Shown here one piece after another: positions 13,217 to 25,577 of a stretch of DNA of 64,000 nucleotides. The notes beneath the pieces are model-generated. The model did no database searches and had not been told where the DNA came from. It worked only from the letters and a program-made list of their open reading frames with translations. The DNA is from Setoptus koraiensis (taxonomy: Eukaryota > Animalia > Arthropoda), in the NCBI GenBank assembly GCA_048013815.1, contig CM106586.1, forward strand, positions 10,230,001 through 10,294,000, read 5' to 3'. The position numbers and the translations under genes were made by a program. Position 1 is the stretch's first letter. Each line of letters begins with the position of its first letter.

Positions 13217-14863
13217 ATGAGTGGCCAGCAACAACAATTACAACATTCACAGCATTCACAACATTCACAACAGTCGCAACAGTCACAGCATCCATCCGTA
13301 TACACAATACACGAGTCCAGTTTAAACGGGGGCCAATCTCAGGATGGTCAGGCGCAAGGTATAATGGTTGAGGTGGGCCCCTCTCAGGGTGCCACTATGA
13401 CGCGCCAGCCCACCTCTGTGCACCAGCAGCACGGACACCATCATCACCAGCAGCAACAGCAACAGCAGCAACAACAGCAACAGCAACAACTACAACAACA
13501 GCAATTGCAATCTGTCATCAGTAGTCAGCCGATAGCCTCCGGAGCCCGAGTGGCCCCAGAGTATGATCCGACGTTGGTGTACAACGTGCATCCATTGTTC
13601 AGCAGGCTCGAGGACGACACCATGCTGGTGAGACAACAAGTCGAGGCTGCGGCAACGTGCTGCGGATTCGAGAATGCCAACATGTACACCGTTAGGAACA
13701 AGCGCGGTGAGCCCCTGTTGAAGGCGGTAGAAAGTGAGTATTCGGGCACGAGACCGGCCGACAAGTTTCACGACACTTCTTGCTTGAGATGACATTCCAA
13801 CGGTGCGGTGCCACTTGCCCATTGTGCGACCAGTTGATTGACTAACAATAACGCTGCCAGCGACAGCAACAATAAAATTAAAACTGACCATTCTCTCTCT
13901 CTCTTCATTATTTTCGCGTACCTCTTGACCAATCAATTCATGCCATCGATCACCGACCCGCAACCCATCGGCGCAACCAACGGCGCAACCAACGGCGCAA
14001 CCAACGGCGCAATCACCACGAAATGGTCGGGCAGCCTCGTCCTGCTGCGAACGCTGCTGCTTCGAGGAGAGCAGGCGCTTCGACCTGAAACTGATGCACG
14101 GCGACGAGGTGGTCGCCAAGATAGTCAAGCCGTATCATTGCTCCAATTTTTGTTGTTACTCTCAGGCGACAAAGATCGAGTCGCCCGAGGATAATCCCAT
14201 TGGCAGCATCAGGGCCACTACTACGTGCTTCGGCAACACCAAGTACGCCATCTATGATCAGCAACAGGAGGCGGGCAAGCCACAATTTATGGCCGTGCCC
14301 CAATCGGGCGTGTCGTGTTGCACTCCGTATGTATCGTCTCTATTTTGCTACATTAAACAATACAACATTATTCAAACATCCGACAATGAACTTGTTGCCA
14401 CGATAAGAAGAAATTTCACCGGAACCTCCGACATGGACGGGCTGTTTGGCGACGGGCGCGACGCCTTTGGGGTGAATTTCATGCCCAATTTGGAGGCCCG
14501 ACACAAAGTACTGCTGCTGGCCGCCTGTTTCCTGCTGGTAACTATCGCACGCCATCCAAAACTCCTCTGTCAATTGGGGCCTCTAATTGTTGGAGGCTCC
14601 AATGCCCAACGAGACATTTATTGCCAGACACTAACTCTTATTTTTAAACCCCAATCACTGTATCATTACAATCACTATATCATTATTATTATTGTCGTTA
14701 TTATTGTCATCCCATGACGAAATATCAGAATTTCCTCCATTTTGACAAGGACAGAAAACATAGCAAAATTCACCAGCACACTCCGGTGGAGGCCCACACG
14801 ACGGCGCACAGAGACGATCTGGCAGTACATGCATACCACCATTCACATCATTCGCAAACCTGA
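13217..14863 (+). CDS. Phospholipid scramblase (PLSCR family), 3 exons: 13217-13733, 14035-14537, 14729-14863
   Basis: Motifs VRQQVE..TCCGFENANMYTV, SSCCERCCF...RRFDL, Cys clusters, FGVNF, KVLLLAACFLL|NFLHFD (compare KAVMIGACFLIDFMFFE). Canonical donors GTGAGT/GTAACT and CAG acceptors with consistent phases (1, 0). Confidence 0.92.
13969..14012. repeat. 12-bp tandem repeat (CGGCGCAACCAA) x3.7 in scramblase intron 1
   Basis: Read directly. Confidence 0.9.
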
Positions 14864-16331
14864 TATAGCACCAGTACTGGCGTCACTGGTGCGAGGAAGC
14901 GTTGAAAACAAAAGTCAATAGGCTCAATAGGACAATGTAACAACAATCACAACAACAACAAATTGTACTCGCCCCCCATTTCAACGGCCACCGGTTGACA
15001 AGAATCATTTCCGGCAGAATCACAAACAATCAATCGATATTGCACAACAAACAAAATTGTTTAAAATCGACAAACCTGACCCCTACACAGAAATCAACTT
15101 TTCAGCTATAGGGCCAAAAACAAACATGCGACACATTTTTATTGATACAATCGGCTTGAGCCGACCACTACTGATCGAACAAACACACCCGAGAAATCCA
15201 TTCACAGCGTAATGAGCACAACGAAACAATTAGTATTATCGTGTAGATTAGGACAGACCAAGGAACACAAAGCGCCACCCATTCCCATCGTAGAACTTGT
15301 AGCTAGTGAATACATCTGGCTGGCATACTCATTAGGTACTCATTAGGTGCATATCCGCCAGAAAAGTTCACCAAAGTTGTCTTTATTTCAGTGGGTGAAT
15401 TGACTGAATGACATGACTTGAACTGTCTAACTTTTCAGACTTACCTCTACCTGTTTCTCTGTCACCATTCGCTAGAATTGGCCACCTAGCGATTGTGCTT
15501 AGTTCTGATACTTGAAGCTATCAATTGTACGCAATATTTATACGCAATATACTGTCTCCCAATCGAGAAACAATGGTTAACATAGGAACTCAGACGCACA
15601 CTTTTATGTTGTAGGATGGCCCCACAAACACAATGGCATACTAAGAACATAGAACCACCGAGTAACACGACCTATTCACGCATCAATTAAGTGACACAAA
15701 CCCATTCGACAAATTTGCTCAAACTTCTCAAGGAATCAAACCAACCGAACTAATAGATGTTATTAAATTATGCGACTGAAAGCAAAAAAGTATTTATACC
15801 GTCTCATTTTAAAAGAAAAAAACAATCAATAGTGAATTATGGCAATATTTTGTATAGAATCCAGTCAGAGCAACAACTAGTCAACTCAATTGTCTTCATT
15901 ACTATGACTACATGATTACTCAATAGAAATGTTGTAAAGGCCTGTTACAACATGTTCCACCATGCTTGTCAACATACATGTATATCAATACACACGATTC
16001 AGATCAATCATGGCGCATCGACATATTTCTATTTTATAAAACACATACAACATACAAATTTTTCTACATCTACTCTGACATATTCCAAAGTATGTTTGCA
16101 AGAAGATTATCTCTGTCTACACAAGTGTATATATACTTGCATATATATATATATATGCATCGAACATTAAATAAATACACTCCAAGCCAGCTTCTATCGA
16201 ACATGCAGCAATTGACAAGCTAACTAATGATGGTCGAGTTGACGTAATCATGTCTATTCCTTCTATTGACACATCATCTAAATGGGCTAAGACCCGAGAA
16301 ACGTCGAATCCATAAGCATCGTCTGATGTAA

Positions 16332-16734
16332 TCAATGTCGCTCGTTCATAATATAATCAATGCCGCTTCCGTGCGGAATTAATAACGTTCGTTGGTGGAT
16401 ATTGCCTCGTCCGAGTGCTACTCTATACGAGACGATAAACCTAAATAAAACATTTCAATTTTTTGTTTATTATTTATTCAGCCATTTACACTTGCTTTGA
16501 CATGTTTTATAGCACATTTGATCGGCAAGTCGAAGTTTACCCCGAGAGAATGTGGCTCAACGTTACTTCAGCTAGACAGATTGAAGCTGAAGCTTCATCT
16601 TGGTAATTTCGAGAAAAGAAATGAAATTCGAGATGATTTGCACTGACATCGTTTGTAGGTGCCTCTTTAGATTGACGTTTATGCAAAGCTCGGCTATATT
16701 GGCTGATCCGATGTGACTGGTGAGCGGCAATAGT
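16332..16734 (-). CDS. Putative last two exons (16734-16541, 16440-16332) of an unidentified gene
   Basis: TAG acceptors, GTAAAC donor, 100-nt AT-rich intron; the phase 2 join gives a continuous frame TIAAHQSHR...NHLEFHFFSRNYQDEASASICLAEVTLSHILSGFIVSYRVALGRGNIHQRTLLIPHGSGIDYIMNERH*. Upstream exons not resolved. Confidence 0.35.
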
Positions 16735-19700
16735 CTACATATACTACCGTATGTAAAACGACAACGAAAACAACAACAACGGTTATGATTAATATGTGAG
16801 TGATTTGTTTAGTCAATCTCATAAAGTTCATAAAGTTACGTTGCGAGGCGCACATACAAATTTAAATTCAATCAAACTATCAGTTGATCGATGATGCAAC
16901 CAAGGACGTTTTTGTCATTCTTAAAACCACAAAACAACACACTCAACTGAATAGGTCCCGGGGTCTTTCGGATACTCATTGGACATTTGATCGTAGGCGA
17001 GCCCTGTGATAGTTGCTCTCGTTCTCTCTCGGATCATCTATTTTGCTTGTCATTATTGTATCTGCAGAAAATATAAACGCCAAATATAAAGCAACAGTTT
17101 ACTTGAATATTCTGCTGCAACATAGACTTAACATTTATTGCATACACAGAAGAATATCTCCCTAGTATCACATGCTTCACTATTTCGAACGCCTAATTTA
17201 TGTCGTCATCTGGAGCTATGTCACTGCACTATATATAAATGTAGTTTATATATAAATACACATCAGAGTGAGTGACAATATCATCCTTTCCTGCATCCGA
17301 TGCTGCATCATCATCATCTTGAATTTCATCTGCTGTTTACAGAGAAGAAAAAGAAAAATTTAATTGCTAACTACTGTAAAAATTATCTTCATCGAGAGGC
17401 AGCGAGCAAAAACTGTAACTTGCTGTTTCTACCGAGACTTGAACTTTTGCGCCAACATTTCGTGGCAGCCCGATACTATGATAATATTAGTACCAGCAGT
17501 ATTCGGTGTTCGACTATCCGACATCAATTAGGAGTCGAGGCTGGAAAATTCATATTCGCAGCATGAAATAATGTGCATAGTCTGCATATAATGGCTGATC
17601 CCAATTCATTAGGCGTTATGTCTTGTGGTTCTTGGGCGCGATTCTTCGAGCATAATCAAATAGAATCGGAAGAGGACTGAGAGTAACATAAGCAGCATCA
17701 CCAGCAGCTGTTATAACATTTTTGCTTAGCTCAGTATAAAATTGCCACTAATAACAACTGTTAATTGCATTTGAATTTTTTCTGGCTAAAGTCATCATTT
17801 TAGCTCATTCATGACGACATTGACAACACATTTACAAACTCGTTTTCAATCTGTACTCCCAATGTTTTCACTTTAGTCTATCAACATTATGCAATGAGCT
17901 TGCTCTGCACAAGGCTCGCTGTCTCTCTGTTTCTCCCCTCTCTCATCTGACGTTTAAGGGTCCCCTCTGTGTGATGTATCCAGTTTGTAGCAAAATGTGG
18001 GCTTAATGAGAACGAACCGACTTCAACGAAGGATCCAAAATATAATATAGCAAGATGGAGAGAGGCTATTGCTTAGTGTGCTGTTGCGAACGGTCCACCG
18101 AGGAGGCCACCGTTTTGTCTACAATGAGCCAACATACTATTATTGCTTACGCTAAATATCAGTTTACAGTTTCACACAGATTGTAAACAGTTTGGGCAGT
18201 AGATCACTTGTTCTGCTTCATTATTGCCGTATCTATCTAATGACAGCAGACAGGAAGAGAGAGGGTAGGGGGACGGGGCTAGAAAAACAGTTGAAAACAA
18301 TGTAATAATGCAATGTCAACAATTAGCTGATCACACAATCTATATCCGGTATTATATAATTGCGTGTCCACTCTATGTCTGATCATCTGATCTATGTGTG
18401 TACCTGAGGCCAGTTGGCAACGATGACATCATCGTTGGAGTTGTTATAATCGCATGTGGCGATCGTGGTGGCTGCTATACAAGTCAAAATAATGACACGC
18501 GACCGCCGCGATCCATCTCGAAGTTCCTTTCGTGCTGCTACTTTTACCAGTTCATTATCTATCTGTATATAGCTGTATATACAGTAATGAAACATAGACA
18601 TTTGTCGTCGGTGGAGGCTAGTCGATAAAAAACCATGGCTCTATTCTAACAAGCAGCACTTGACTGAGTATGATTTGACAGCATACTGTGGCTAGCGCCA
18701 AAATATGTGGCCAACTTGTATTACAATGTTCAGTATTGAAGGGTGTAACAGAGTATTGTTTGTTGGGCACCTTATTTGCTATCATGTGACTGTCACTGCA
18801 ACCAATACAACAACGTTGCTATTTCAGCTAGACGTTTTGAAAGCCGGTAGTAATGACAAAATATCGCAGATATGCAAAATGCATGAAGAATTATTGAATA
18901 ATTCAAATGAGCTGACAAATCATCAGTCAGGCTCGACCGTTGCCAGCTATTCAAGAAGTTCTTCTAATCATCATTAATATTAATACTGTTGCAGTTGCTA
19001 TCGCTCACCATGGCAACTTAGTGGCACACTTTTCATACACGAACGAACAACTATTCAAGCATCATTATAATATTATTGTTTAGATTAGCTTAGAATTGCC
19101 AATTGTGGTTTAGACCATGCATTATGGGGCTTCTCTGGATATCATGATCACAATCTTGTGTGTGCCGACGTCACTACCATGAACGTTGTTGTTGTTCTCT
19201 GCTGCTGCAGCAAGAGCAACAGCAACAACAACTGCAGCATGTTTGTTATCGAATATGATGCCATCATCATGACCGTAATATTGCTGCTATCAATACTATA
19301 ATGAATGAATACAACAACGAACGAAAGTTGCGTGTCAAACAATTGAGAAGGCACGCCACTCTGAGGCGCCCAACTGACATAGAATGGCCCCATTAGTCGT
19401 GCGTCGGGGAGCGGAGGTGCTCGAGCTCTCAAGGACTCGCTGGATCTGCAGTCGCATTTGCGAACGTAGATTGTTTTTGTTGATCTGGTCATGCTGTTTG
19501 ATTGACAACAACATGAGCAGCACATTGGTTGTGCTGCACGAGCGAAAGTTGTTGTCAGGCAATCAATTTGGGTCGTTGCCGAGGGTGACCAATCTGAGTT
19601 ATCCGCTCGCGCGTCTAACCAGCGTGTCGAGATAGACAGACCGATGTTATTATTGTTGCTGGCGGTTGTTTGGGTCTCGCTGATACAGTTGCCGCTGAAA

Positions 19701-21016
19701 TCTGGCGAATGCAAATCAGTTTGCGGATGATTCATTGCGCCAATCAGCTCGAACACAGTTTTCCAACAGTGACAGTGACTGGACAGTGGCAATTTCAGCT
19801 GAAATTGTTTGGTGAATCTTGCCATTTTAAATTTTGTGTCTTGCCAGTTCACTCGAGGACGGTTGCGAGAAACGCGCACGACGGCCGGCCACGAAAGCAT
19901 GCGACAGAGCGCACATTTAATGCAATTTTGTAAACAAAATTTTTGTTGCAAGTTTTGTAGCGCGCGCGCGAAAACCTCCTGCGATTCGCAAGAGCGGCCT
20001 CGACACGCAAATTCGACCCGCTCTCAATCGAATCTTCACTATAGATTCTATAGACTCCACTCCAAACCGGAAGTTGCCTGGTGCGAGCGTGTGCGTGAAA
20101 GGGGGGGGGGAGCGAGAGCGATCGTTGCACAAAAGTTGCTCAGTGCACGCGTGGATCTGGTTGCGTTGCCGGGTGGCAAGCAATTCGATTTGCGAACAAT
20201 TGTCGTCGAACTTGAGCGCGTGCACGGCGGCCAGATGCGACCATGTTCACGGGCGAATATATTAAAACAGTGTTACCTGTTCAGTGTCGCTGTGTCGCAC
20301 ATAGACTGTGTCGCCAGTCAGTCCGTGTGTGAACTCGCACATGTGTCATCCATGAATACGAACAAATGACGATCGTGGGGGCAGCATAAATGCCGCCTCT
20401 TCCATCTCTGTACGAGCCATGGGCCGCCGTTGCGAAGTAACACACACTATTCGACTGTTCGGCGAATATATTCGGCGTTTGTATGCGACGAACTATAGCA
20501 CTCTAGTCACTAGAGTCTAGTGAATATGCAAGTCTCCACATGTGCACTTGATGAGATGTGCGGCTTGCCGAGGCGTCATGCAACAATTGTCGAACTAAAG
20601 TGAAGTGAATCGCGCACTTGCGCATAGAAACAAGCGCACTCACACTGAATTTCACCCTGACCGTCTGTCTGTCTCCCTGTCTGTTCGTGTGTGTGCGTGT
20701 GTGTCTCGCTCAGACACACAAGCCATAGCTGTGGAGCACACACACACACCATGAAAGTTGATTCGATTACTCAAGTTTTTTCTGTTTATGCTCCAATTTG
20801 TTATTATTATCAGCAATTATCTTTCTATTATTATTGTTACTATTATTATTCCATATATTACATATTCACATATTTACATATTTACTAATAAAAATATCTG
20901 TCTATTCATATTCAAACGTTCAAGGCATATAAAGCTCTCAGAGTTGCGAACATAATTGATGAAGAAAATAATCACCCACAAGTCAGCTCGTCTAACACAC
21001 CACAAACAACAACAAT

Positions 21017-22666
21017 ATGACACAGACGGCAGACGAAACAATCAACGTTCACCAAGTGAAATCATACGGCCAAGACGGAGATGATTCGAAATCTGTCGAT
21101 TGTGATAGGAAAGCTCTGAAAAAGTTCCGCTCAAACAACGCCAGCATAGTAGTAAGGTACAACAACACTAACAACAACCACAACAACAACCATAGCAACA
21201 ACACCGACCGCAACAGCAACGCCGACAGCATCAGTAATATGAATCAGCATCCTATTAGTATCAATCCGTTTGCTGCTGGCACCAAGTCCGATACATCCAA
21301 CAGCGATGCCATTCTCAATGCCATTTGCAAAGAGAGAGTCTCTCAGAGAGATGACACCAACAACAACATTAGTAGTGGTGCTGAAAATTATCTATTATTC
21401 TCCTCAGACAACACTATTGCGCAAAAACAAACACTCATCGATTGGCAAACAGAACGTGGCAGCAGTCTGGCTAGCGACCACTCAACTAACTCAATAGCCA
21501 TGGATCATCATCATGACCCTAAAACGAGCCAAACTAATCAAAAACAGACTCACAAACAATCGAGCGACATTGTTGACTGTTCCGAGCAAGATGATGACAC
21601 TATTAGTTTAAAATTTCTTGTTAGGCGCAGGGAGGCCGGCGCAATCATTGGAAAAAAGGGATCCAACATTAGACAACTTCGCGATACTTTCGACTCAGAG
21701 TTTCTCATACCGGACACAGGCAATGGACCTGAGCGAGTTCTCAATATAAGCACCAATGCAAAGGTCTTAGACCAAATACTCAAGCAACTAACCGAACTAC
21801 TTCACGAGAAGTCACTCACAATAGATGGTGATGAACAAGTCGAACTTAGAATGTTGATACATTCCTCACATGCTGGAACAATTATTGGCAAAGGCGGCAC
21901 ATCCATCAGGAAGCTCAGAGATGTGAGTAATACTAATTAATTAACTGAAACAGACACTTAAATTCCATGTCCTCTATCCATCGACAGCTAATTATTATTT
22001 CTAATTACCATTAATATATTATTATTATTAATCCCCCTTGTTCAATAGGAATCAAAAGCCGCCATCAAAATATTTGCTCTTTGCTGTCCTTTATCAAATG
22101 AGAGAGTTGTAGCCATTAAAGGAAAACCTCCAATTGTTGTTACCACCATTAAATTAGTTTTGAATGTTATATCGGGAAGTTGTATTAAGGGTGTTGTCAA
22201 ACCCTACGACGCGCTTAATTTCGACCAGAACATTTCAGATAGATATGGTGGCTATAGCGACGAAATAGATACACCAAATTCCAGTCGTCCACAGTTTCTA
22301 GCGCCACAGCAATTGTCACCACCGCCATTTATGACAAGCCCTTTCAATCCAGCTCCACCAAATCACTTTTTTCCCAATGGTAGCTACAGACTACATAATA
22401 ACGCTCCAAACAATATGGGTTCTCATCAGAATTGTATGCCTTGTAAATCCGTTTTCAGTGCTAATCAATTTCCGCCGCCATGCACTAGTTGTCACCATCA
22501 ACGTGGCAGTCAACATTGCGCCCACTTTGTCCCACACCAACAGATTGCATATCATCATAAGTGCGACGATAGATTTTGTTCCTGTTATCATCCGGTGGTC
22601 CATTCAAATCAAGTCAGTCAAAATAATGCTCGTCATCATACAAAATTCAATCGCATTCGCATGTGA
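21017..22666 (+). CDS. HNRNPK: hnRNP K-like KH-domain protein, 2 exons (21017-21922, 22049-22666); only KH1 and KH2 visible
   Basis: KH1 LKFLVRRREAGAIIGKKGSNIRQLR; KH2 ELRMLIHSSHAGTIIGKGGTSIRKLR; post-KH2 PYDALNFD...YGGY matches the hnRNP K PYDP..YD..YDYGG motif; GAT|GTGAGT...TAG|GAA phase 0 intron. Confidence 0.85.
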
Positions 22667-24129
22667 CACACAGGTTAAACCTTTGTCACTACTATACCTA
22701 AAATGAGCGAACTAAAATCCACAAATTATCACTTTCGAACATCAGCCCAATAAAAAAGCAGTCTCCCTTAAAGGTTGCAGTAATGTCCTGCGGATACATT
22801 CGTGTACATATGTACAGTTATTTTTTTGGTCAACTTGATCAGTAACTAATTCACTTTATAAAAACAAGCCCGACATAGAATACTTTAGTATATGAACCAG
22901 AACCAACCCTAGATTTATATTAGTGGATTCCAACTTCCGAGCCTCTTCTTAGTTGGTTGTCCTACGAGGATAATTCAAGTATCTATCGACAATCATCTGA
23001 CACGCGATAGGATCGAAATTCTAAGAACGCACATCTTTTCTTTTTGACTTCCTCTTTGCGTGAAATCTTTTAAATGTCGACCACAGTGTACAAGTATGAG
23101 GGTATATTAATTTGGTCTTCTATCGTTCACCGTTTCTGTTTTAGTTGTATAAGAACGACTATAGAGAAGGGGATCAGACACTCGATACACATTCGCTTAA
23201 CCAATGTCGAATGAGCACTCCAACTATTGGTTGAGTTCAATACTCGTTCCAGTTTCGTGATCTAGGGTCGTTAAATTCGCGAGCGCGAATAGGCTTATAT
23301 TAGTTGATTAGATAATAGATATATATATATACTGAACCATCTTGATACAATCATATGGTGCACAGGTAATGATAGCATCGCTCGAATGATTGACCCTTGA
23401 ATTGGCTAGTTTATAAATGAATTACAGTACTTTGGGATCATCTCTTTTGTTACATGACAGCAACATAATGTCCGGTGCTCTATGAGCAGTTATAAATATG
23501 GGTGGCGGTAAATAAACAACTGCAATGATGTGATCGACACAAATTTGGCACCAGCAGCTTACAAGCGAGAGGAGGGATGATGAGGTAAGTTGTTCGAGCA
23601 TTCGTTATCTGATGCAAAGCGCCAAAATGGGAGTGTATGTAGTCAAAAATAGTGGGTGGTCCCAGGCTCCACGATACAGCGGGAGCGCCTAGAAGCCTTA
23701 CACAATTTACGGTTGCCCCCGATAATGATTAGTGAAGCGTTACCATTGACCGGCGCAAGCAAGCCCACAAAGAATAGGCACCTTAAATGTGATTATGCTG
23801 TATATTGTTCGAAGTCTCTTACACAAATAATTGGTCCAGCTACTGACTCTCAACAATTGGTCCTGTTCGAGGGGGCAATTTTAGGCCCCATGCTATGACT
23901 TTCGTTGTTTTTTTGCGACTTTCGCGGCTAGTATAGTGATATCTTTTTTGTTTTCGCTTGCAGCCACATGAGAACGAGAGTTCAGCTACCAACAGTCAAT
24001 AGCAGAGGTTAGAGAAACTGTCAACAACTACCATACAGTGCTTAGATTACTTGCGTTTTACCTATTTGGATCGAGGTTGCCTCCACCCCGGATAACGCGC
24101 CTCTTTCTCTCGTGCTTTCAGTCAATATA

Positions 24130-24132
<3 letters not shown>

Positions 24133-24160
<28 letters not shown>
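24133..24160. repeat. (AT)n microsatellite
   Basis: Read directly. Confidence 0.9.
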
Positions 24161-24165
<5 letters not shown>

Positions 24166-25577
24166 TAAATATATAGGTTTTGGGCTTCTTTAAACAGCCG
24201 CGCTTGAAAAAATCAACCGCATTTATCATCTATAATGCATCGATTGTTTCTCTGCTTTGCAGTAGTCATAAAATATTCAGCTCAATGTAAATTAGAATAA
24301 ACCAGGTACACAGGAGCATTAAGTGTGTCTGCACGCGATACGCAAAACATAAGGACACTCGAGTTACTGAAAAATCATCTGGATATAGCGACAAGGTTGA
24401 CCGACGTTGAGTTTGCAGTTTGGCATTGCTGCATGCTTAAAATTAAATTAATGACGACAGTTACGACGATAGACCATTTGATTATTATGTTATCAATCGA
24501 GCAACGAAAGACAATAATCTATTGGCACACCACCATTCTCTGCCGCATACACCAATGAATGCATATATTGACACACTAAAATAAACGTTCACAACGAATT
24601 CAGTAATTCCTTACCGAAAACAAAACCAAAAAACATGTTTCAACATAATTTTAAATATTTGCAGAACTTGTCCAAGCCTCACCAAAACTTTTCTGTAACT
24701 CTGTAAACTGTATTACGTATACACATTTTCTAACAAGCTCGAGTCAATGATGTAATTCGCGTGTTTCTATTAGCAACCAACATTGGTTGCTTGATGGGGC
24801 CATTTAAATTCTTGGGGGACAGTGAATTTTTTATTTTTCATTGCTGCTCGATCAATTGGTTTCTCATTAGCAGTTTTGAACTGAGGCTGTGAACAACAAA
24901 AAGTCATGAAAACATTTTGCGTGTATACACAATAGAACGCACAACTTATTGTAACTTGTGTGATCTTTCGCAAACAATCCACTAAGTTTATGGTAAAGTT
25001 AGTTGTAGTAACAATGAAACAAAACAACCCAAACCAATCAACGAAAATAAAATTCAACCGAACCGTTATTCGCTTCAACCGATGCACTCTTTTTAATTTG
25101 GAAGACTAGCATCGATGTGATGTGTCTATTATATTCATCATGTTGGTCCTGGTCCTCTCGATTAAGACGTTCACCATCACCATTAACTCTATTAAAATAC
25201 TAATTAAGTGACAACAATCAAGTTTGCTAACAACATTCCCAAATCTGGAAGACTATTTTTTATGCGATTGAATCAATTTGAAAATTCGCATAATTTATGG
25301 TCGTCCAAATCATGGGGACAATATCCAACTAGCAGTGAATTGCAACGCTCTTCGAACACATCAACACATCAGAGATGAAATGTTATTCACACATACAAGC
25401 TACAATTTGAGATCCGTTTAAGATTAGACAAGCAGAACCTATTTGGTATAGTTTTATTATTATAATTCCAAAGTCGTCAATTTTATGCACATTTCTTAAT
25501 CTTATTGATAGAAAATCATTCAGCATAGGCCAAATGAAAAAGAATAGAAGCTAACAAATTAACAATGCAAATTTATT

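Noticed and set aside
17300-20955. Medium ORFs such as 19148..19951 (-) and 19809..20369 (+)
   Set aside because: Low complexity, overlapping on both strands, no motifs, and no consistent splice structure found.
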